In this document: positions 56,501 through 64,000 of the stretch, one piece after another
Numbering within the stretch: the first letter of the stretch is position 1
Layout of the letters: each line of letters starts with the position of its first letter
Assembly: GCA_964057225.1 (NCBI GenBank)
Contig: OZ059897.1
Coordinates: 17,918,001-17,982,000 of the forward strand
Reading direction: 5' to 3'
DNA: 64,000 nt
Source of the DNA: Auanema rhodensis
Lineage: Eukaryota; Animalia; Nematoda
Program-made: the position numbers and the translations under genes
Notes under the pieces: generated by a model
Told to the model about the DNA's origin: nothing
Databases searched by the model: none
What the model saw: the letters and a program-made list of their open reading frames with translations, nothing else

Positions 56501-57895
56501 AATTTCAAAATAATTTAGCAAAAAGTAGATGTTTTTAGATTCCATTTTTCAAGGCAAAGACGATGGACAATGTTATTCAACGAAAAAATTAATTCTTCAG
56601 GGTGAAAATCGAGGATATAAGTGTGAACTTATATCAGTTGATATCTCGGTGCATTTTTAAGCTAGCGCAAATCTGATAACACAGATCGACGCAGCTTAAA
56701 AATCCGCATCGAATGCACTATACTACATTGAGAAACGCTTAATACAAAAATTAGTTATAATCGTTTGAAAAATGATGCATTAGTGTATGTTGAGTTTCCA
56801 TGTACACTCAACATTGCTTCCAAAAACATTTTGACAAAAATTTTTTCGAAAAATTTCAAAATAATTTAGCAAAAAGTAGATGCTTTTAGATTCCATTTTC
56901 AAGGCAAAGACGATGGACAATGTTATTCAACGAAAAAATTAATTCTTCAGGGTGAAAATTGAGGATATAAGTGTGAACTTATATCAGATGATATCTCGGT
57001 GCATTTTTAAGCTAGCGCAAATCTGATAACACAGATCGACGCAGCTTAAAAATCCGCATCGAATGCACTATACTACATTGAGAAACGCTTAATACAAAAA
57101 TTAGTTATAATCGTTTGAGAAATGATGCATTAGTGTATGTTGAGTTTCCATGTACACTCAACATTGCTTCCAAAAACATTTTGACAAAAATTTTTTCGAA
57201 AAATTTCAAAATAGTTTAGCAAAAAGTAGATGTTTTTAGATTCCATTTTTCAAGGCAAAGACGATGGACAATGTTATTCAACGAAAAAATTAATTCTTCA
57301 GGGTGAAAATTGAGGATATAAGTGCGAACTTATATCAGTTGATATCTCGGTGCATTTTTAAGCTAGCGCAAATCTGATAACACAGATCGACGCAGCTTAA
57401 AAATCCGCATCGAATGCACTATACTACATTGAGAAACACTTGATACAAAAATTAGTTATGATCGTTTGAAAAATGATGCATTAGTGTATGTTGAGTTTCC
57501 AAGTACACTCAACATTGCTTCCAAAAACATTTTGACAAAAATTTTTTCGAAAAATTTCAAAATAATTTAGCAAAAAGTAGATGTTTTTAGATTCCATTTT
57601 TCAAGGCAAAGACGATGGACAATGTTATTCAACGAAAAAATTAATTCTTCAGGGTGAAAATCGAGGATATAAGTGTGAACTTATATCAGTTGATATCTCG
57701 GTGCATTTTTAAGCTAGCGCAAATCTGATAACACAGATCGACGCAGCTTAAAAATCCGCATCGAATGCACTATACTACATTGAGAAACGCTTAATACAAA
57801 AATTAGTTATAATCGTTTGAAAAATGATGCATTAGTGTATGTTGAGTTTCCATGTACACTCAACATTGCTTCCAAAAACATTTTGACAAAAATTT
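50532..57895. repeat. Trimer HOR (1052 bp) x7, itself organised as a 3156-bp 9-mer x2
   Basis: The CCAAGTAC variant base lies at 51190, 52242, 53294, 54346, 55398, 56450 and 57502 (exact 1052 spacing). Trimers at 51584 and 54740 share a distinct sub-haplotype (no 146A; 40C in place of 21G in the second monomer). Confidence 0.9.
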
Positions 57896-60800
57896 TTTCG
57901 AAAAATTTCAAAATAATTTAGCAAAAAGTAGATGCTTTTAGATTCCATTTTTCAAGGCAAAGACGATGGACAATGTTATTCAACGAAAAAATTAATTCTT
58001 CAGGGTGAAAATTGAGGATATAAGTGTGAACTTATATCAGTTGATATCTCGGTGCATTTTTAAGCTAGCGCAAATCTGATAACACAGATCGACGCAGCTT
58101 AAAAATCCGCATCGAATGCACTATACTACATTGAGAAACGCTTAATACAAAAATTAGTTATAATCGTTTGAAAAATGATGCATTAGTGTATGTTGAGTTT
58201 CCATGTACACTCAACATTGCTTCCAAAAACATTTTGACAAAAATTTTTTCGAAAAATTTCAAAATAGTTTAGCAAAAAGTAGATGTTTTTAGATTCCATT
58301 TTTCAAGGCAAAGACGATGGACAATGTTATTCAACGAAAAAATTAATTCTTCAGGGTGAAAATTGAGGATATAAGTGCGAACTTATATCAGTTGATATCT
58401 CGGTGCATTTTTAAGCTAGCGCAAATCTGATAACACAGATCGACGCAGCTTAAAAATCCGCATCGAATGCACTATACTACATTAAGAAACGCTTGATACA
58501 AAAATTAGTTATGATCGTTTGAAAAATGATGCATTAGTGTATGTTGAGTTTCCATGTACACTCAACATTGCTTCCAAAAACATTTTGACAAAAATTTTTT
58601 CGAAAAATTTCAAAATAATTTAGCAAAAAGTAGATGTTTTTAGATTCCATTTTTCAAGGCAAAGACGATGGACAATGTTATTCAACGAAAAAATTAATTC
58701 TTCAGGGTGAAAATCGAGGATATAAGTGTGAACTTATATCAGTTGATATCTCGGTGCATTTTTAAGCTAGCGCAAATCTGATAACACAGATCGACGCAGC
58801 TTAAAAATCCGCATCGAATGCACTATACTACATTGAGAAACGCTTAATACAAAAATTAGTTATAATCGTTTGAAAAATGATGCATTAGTGTATGTTGAGT
58901 TTCCATGTACACTCAACATTGCTTCCAAAAACATTTTGACAAAAATTTTTTCGAAAAATTTCAAAATAATTTAGCAAAAAGTAGATGTTTTTAGATTCCA
59001 TTTTTTAAGGCAAAGACGATGGACAATGTTATTCAACGAAAAAATTAATTCTTCAGGGTGAAAATTGAGGATATAAGTGTGAACTTATATCAGTTGATAT
59101 CTCGGTGCATTTTTAAGCTAGCGCAAATCTGATAACACAGATCGACGCAGCTTAAAAATCCGCATCGAATGCACTATACTACATTGAGAAACGCTTAATA
59201 CAAAAATTAGTTATAATCGTTTGAAAAATGATGCATTAGTGTATGTTGAGTTTCCATGTACACTCAACATTGCTTCCAAAAACGTTTTGACAAAAATTTT
59301 TTCGAAAAATTTCAAAATAGTTTAGCAAAAAGTAGATGTTTTTAGATTCCATTTTTCAAGGCAAAGACGATGGACAATGTTATTCAACGAAAAAATTAAT
59401 TCTTCAGGGTGAAAATTGAGGATATAAGTGTGAACTTATATCAGTTGATATCTCGGTACATTTTTAAGCTAGCGCAAATCTGATAACACAGATCGACGCA
59501 GCTTAAAAATCCGCATCGAATGCACTATACTACATCGAGAAACGCTTAATACAAAAATTAGTTATAATCGTTTGAAAAATGATGCATTAGTGTATGTTGA
59601 GTTTCCATGTACACTCAACATTGCTTCCAAAAACATTTTGACAAAAATTTTTTCGAAAAATTTCAAAATAATTTAGCAAAAAGTAGATGTTTTTAGATTC
59701 CATTTTTCAAGGCAAAGACGATGGACAATGTTATTCAACGAAAAAATTAATTCTTCAGGGTGAAAATCGAGGATATAAGTGTGAACTTATATCAGTTGAT
59801 ATCTCGGTGCATTTTTAAGCTAGCGCAAATCTGATAACACAGATCGACGCAGCTTAAAAATCCGCATCGAATGCACTATACTACATTAAGAAACGCTTGA
59901 TACAAAAATTAGTTATGATCGTTTGAAAAATGATGCATTAGTGTATGTTGAGTTTCCATGTACACTCAACATTGCTTCCAAAAACATTTTGACAAAAATT
60001 TTTTCGAAAAATTTCAAAATAGTTTAGCAAAAAGTAGATGTTTTTAGATTCCATTTTTCAAGGCAAAGACGATGGACAATGTTATTCAACGAAAAAATTA
60101 ATTCTTCAGGGTGAAAATTGAGGATATAAGTGCGAACTTATATCAGTTGATATCTCGGTGCATTTTTAAGCTAGCGCAAATCTGATAACACAGATCGACG
60201 CAGCTTAAAAATCCGCATCGAATGCACTATACTACATTGAGAAACACTTGATACAAAAATTAGTTATGATCGTTTGAAAAATGATGCATTAGTGTATGTT
60301 GAGTTTCCAAGTACACTCAACATTGCTTCCAAAAACATTTTGACAAAAATTTTTTCGAAAAATTTCAAAATAATTTAGCAAAAAGTAGATGTTTTTAGAT
60401 TCCATTTTTCAAGGCAAAGACGATGGACAATGTTATTCAACGAAAAAATTAATTCTTCAGGGTGAAAATCGAGGATATAAGTGTGAACTTATATCAGTTG
60501 ATATCTCGGTGCATTTTTAAGCTAGCGCAAATCTGATAACACAGATCGACGCAGCTTAAAAATCCGCATCGAATGCACTATACTACATTGAGAAACGCTT
60601 AATACAAAAATTAGTTATAATCGTTTGAAAAATGATGCATTAGTGTATGTTGAGTTTCCATGTACACTCAACATTGCTTCCAAAAACATTTTGACAAAAA
60701 TTTTTTCGAAAAATTTCAAAATAATTTAGCAAAAAGTAGATGCTTTTAGATTCCATTTTTCAAGGCAAAGACGATGGACAATGTTATTCAACGAAAAAAT

Positions 60801-63800
60801 TAATTCTTCAGGGTGAAAATTGAGGATATAAGTGTGAACTTATATCAGTTGATATCTCGGTGCATTTTTAAGCTAGCGCAAATCTGATAACACAGATCGA
60901 CGCAGCTTAAAAATCCGCATCGAATGCACTATACTACATTGAGAAACGCTTAATACAAAAATTAGTTATAATCGTTTGAAAAATGATGCATTAGTGTATG
61001 TTGAGTTTCCATGTACACTCAACATTGCTTCCAAAAACATTTTGACAAAAATTTTTTCGAAAAATTTCAAAATAATTTAGCAAAAAGTAGATGCTTTTAG
61101 ATTCCATTTTTCAAGGCAAAGACGATGGACAATGTTATTCAACGAAAAAATTAATTCTTCAGGGTGAAAATTGAGGATATAAGTGTGAACTTATATCAGT
61201 TGATATCTCGGTGCATTTTTAAGCTAGCGCAAATCTGATAACACAGATCGACGCAGCTTAAAAATCCGCATCGAATGCACTATACTACATTGAGAAACGC
61301 TTAATACAAAAATTAGTTATAATCGTTTGAAAAATGATGCATTAGTGTATGTTGAGTTTCCATGTACACTCAACATTGCTTCCAAAAACATTTTGACAAA
61401 AATTTTTTCGAAAAATTTCAAAATAGTTTAGCAAAAAGTAGATGTTTTTAGATTCCATTTTTCAAGGCAAAGACGATGGACAATGTTATTCAACGAAAAA
61501 ATTAATTCTTCAGGGTGAAAATTGAGGATATAAGTGCGAACTTATATCAGTTGATATCTCGGTGCATTTTTAAGCTAGCGCAAATCTGATAACACAGATC
61601 GACGCAGCTTAAAAATCCGCATCGAATGCACTATACTACATTAAGAAACGCTTGATACAAAAATTAGTTATGATCGTTTGAAAAATGATGCATTAGTGTA
61701 TGTTGAGTTTCCATGTACACTCAACATTGCTTCCAAAAACATTTTGACAAAAATTTTTTCGAAAAATTTCAAAATAATTTAGCAAAAAGTAGATGTTTTT
61801 AGATTCCATTTTTCAAGGCAAAGACGATGGACAATGTTATTCAACGAAAAAATTAATTCTTCAGGGTGAAAATCGAGGATATAAGTGTGAACTTATATCA
61901 GTTGATATCTCGGTGCATTTTTAAGCTAGCGCAAATCTGATAACACAGATCGACGCAGCTTAAAAATCCGCATCGAATGCACTATACTACATTGAGAAAC
62001 GCTTAATACAAAAATTAGTTATAATCGTTTGAAAAATGATGCATTAGTGTATGTTGAGTTTCCATGTACACTCAACATTGCTTCCAAAAACATTTTGACA
62101 AAAATTTTTTCGAAAAATTTCAAAATAATTTAGCAAAAAGTAGATGTTTTTAGATTCCATTTTTTAAGGCAAAGACGATGGACAATGTTATTCAACGAAA
62201 AAATTAATTCTTCAGGGTGAAAATTGAGGATATAAGTGTGAACTTATATCAGTTGATATCTCGGTGCATTTTTAAGCTAGCGCAAATCTGATAACACAGA
62301 TCGACGCAGCTTAAAAATCCGCATCGAATGCACTATACTACATTGAGAAACGCTTAATACAAAAATTAGTTATAATCGTTTGAAAAATGATGCATTAGTG
62401 TATGTTGAGTTTCCATGTACACTCAACATTGCTTCCAAAAACGTTTTGACAAAAATTTTTTCGAAAAATTTCAAAATAGTTTAGCAAAAAGTAGATGTTT
62501 TTAGATTCCATTTTTCAAGGCAAAGACGATGGACAATGTTATTCAACGAAAAAATTAATTCTTCAGGGTGAAAATTGAGGATATAAGTGTGAACTTATAT
62601 CAGTTGATATCTCGGTGCATTTTTAAGCTAGCGCAAATCTGATAACACAGATCGACGCAGCTTAAAAATCCGCATCGAATGCACTATACTACATCGAGAA
62701 ACGCTTAATACAAAAATTAGTTATAATCGTTTGAAAAATGATGCATTAGTGTATGTTGAGTTTCCATGTACACTCAACATTGCTTCCAAAAACATTTTGA
62801 CAAAAATTTTTTCGAAAAATTTCAAAATAATTTAGCAAAAAGTAGATGTTTTTAGATTCCATTTTTCAAGGCAAAGACGATGGACAATGTTATTCAACGA
62901 AAAAATTAATTCTTCAGGGTGAAAATCGAGGATATAAGTGTGAACTTATATCAGTTGATATCTCGGTGCATTTTTAAGCTAGCGCAAATCTGATAACACA
63001 GATCGACGCAGCTTAAAAATCCGCATCGAATGCACTATACTACATTAAGAAACGCTTGATACAAAAATTAGTTATGATCGTTTGAAAAATGATGCATTAG
63101 TGTATGTTGAGTTTCCATGTACACTCAACATTGCTTCCAAAAACATTTTGACAAAAATTTTTTCGAAAAATTTCAAAATAGTTTAGCAAAAAGTAGATGT
63201 TTTTAGATTCCATTTTTCAAGGCAAAGACGATGGACAATGTTATTCAACGAAAAAATTAATTCTTCAGGGTGAAAATTGAGGATATAAGTGCGAACTTAT
63301 ATCAGTTGATATCTCGGTGCATTTTTAAGCTAGCGCAAATCTGATAACACAGATCGACGCAGCTTAAAAATCCGCATCGAATGCACTATACTACATTGAG
63401 AAACACTTGATACAAAAATTAGTTATGATCGTTTGAAAAATGATGCATTAGTGTATGTTGAGTTTCCAAGTACACTCAACATTGCTTCCAAAAACATTTT
63501 GACAAAAATTTTTTCGAAAAATTTCAAAATAATTTAGCAAAAAGTAGATGTTTTTAGATTCCATTTTTCAAGGCAAAGACGATGGACAATGTTATTCAAC
63601 GAAAAAATTAATTCTTCAGGGTGAAAATCGAGGATATAAGTGTGAACTTATATCAGTTGATATCTCGGTGCATTTTTAAGCTAGCGCAAATCTGATAACA
63701 CAGATCGACGCAGCTTAAAAATCCGCATCGAATGCACTATACTACATTGAGAAACGCTTAATACAAAAATTAGTTATAATCGTTTGAAAAATGATGCATT

Positions 63801-64000
63801 AGTGTATGTTGAGTTTCCATGTACACTCAACATTGCTTCCAAAAACATTTTGACAAAAATTTTTTCGAAAAATTTCAAAATAATTTAGCAAAAAGTAGAT
63901 GCTTTTAGATTCCATTTTTCAAGGCAAAGACGATGGACAATGTTATTCAACGAAAAAATTAATTCTTCAGGGTGAAAATTGAGGATATAAGTGTGAACTT
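57896..64000. repeat. 9-mer HOR, period 3159 bp, second copy truncated by the window end
   Basis: The variant series at 57896-61054 repeats from 61055. For example CCAAGTAC lies at 60310 and 63469, and the 132C+238A monomer starts at 58247 and 61406. The only difference noticed is GGTAC near 59458. Confidence 0.88.

Larger units (their letters stand above)
1..64000. repeat. Satellite DNA array of 351-bp AT-rich monomers (182 full copies + partial), single orientation, extending beyond both window edges
   Basis: TTTCGAAAAATTTCAAAATA recurs at 1, 352, 703, 1054 ... 63863. The last start (63863) is 20 bp short of 1+182x351=63883, which matches the 20 monomers I find with a 1-bp deletion. No non-monomer sequence was seen anywhere. 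Confidence 0.99.

Noticed and set aside
1-64000. CRISPR array or other repeat-spacer system built on the palindromes
   Set aside because: The sequence between palindromes is as invariant as the palindromes, so there are no unique spacers, and no cas or other genes are present.
1-64000. Artefactual concatemer (rolling-circle/MDA product or collapsed assembly)
   Set aside because: Variants form position-restricted, nested haplotype patterns rather than identical copies or random errors, as expected of a real evolving array. Individual near-perfect duplications (e.g. 51584-57895) still merit read-level confirmation.

Overview
The whole 64-kb window is one uninterrupted head-to-tail tandem array of an AT-rich 351-bp monomer (hand count of the first copy: 54 C + 57 G, about 32% GC). 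It holds 182 complete monomers plus a 138-bp partial copy, all in one orientation, each differing from the consensus by only a few substitutions. I see no genes, RNA genes, transposon insertions, inversions or CRISPR spacers, and all six reading frames are closed in every monomer. This is the architecture of eukaryotic satellite DNA, plausibly centromeric or pericentromeric. CpG is not depleted, which suggests an invertebrate-type host (inference). I cannot assign the monomer to a named family. Two things stand out: (i) the monomer is built largely of inverted repeats (a 9-bp stem with a GNRA-type loop, a 67-nt long hairpin, a second 9-bp stem and an A/T-tract dyad at the junction); (ii) diagnostic variants reveal a succession of local, nested higher-order repeats (2-, 3-, 4-, 5-, 6- and 9-mers) and a left-to-right turnover of variant haplotypes. 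I found no evidence of a novel gene-encoded system. Monomer offsets quoted below equal the coordinates of the first copy (1-351). Variants were read by eye, so a few singletons may have been missed.
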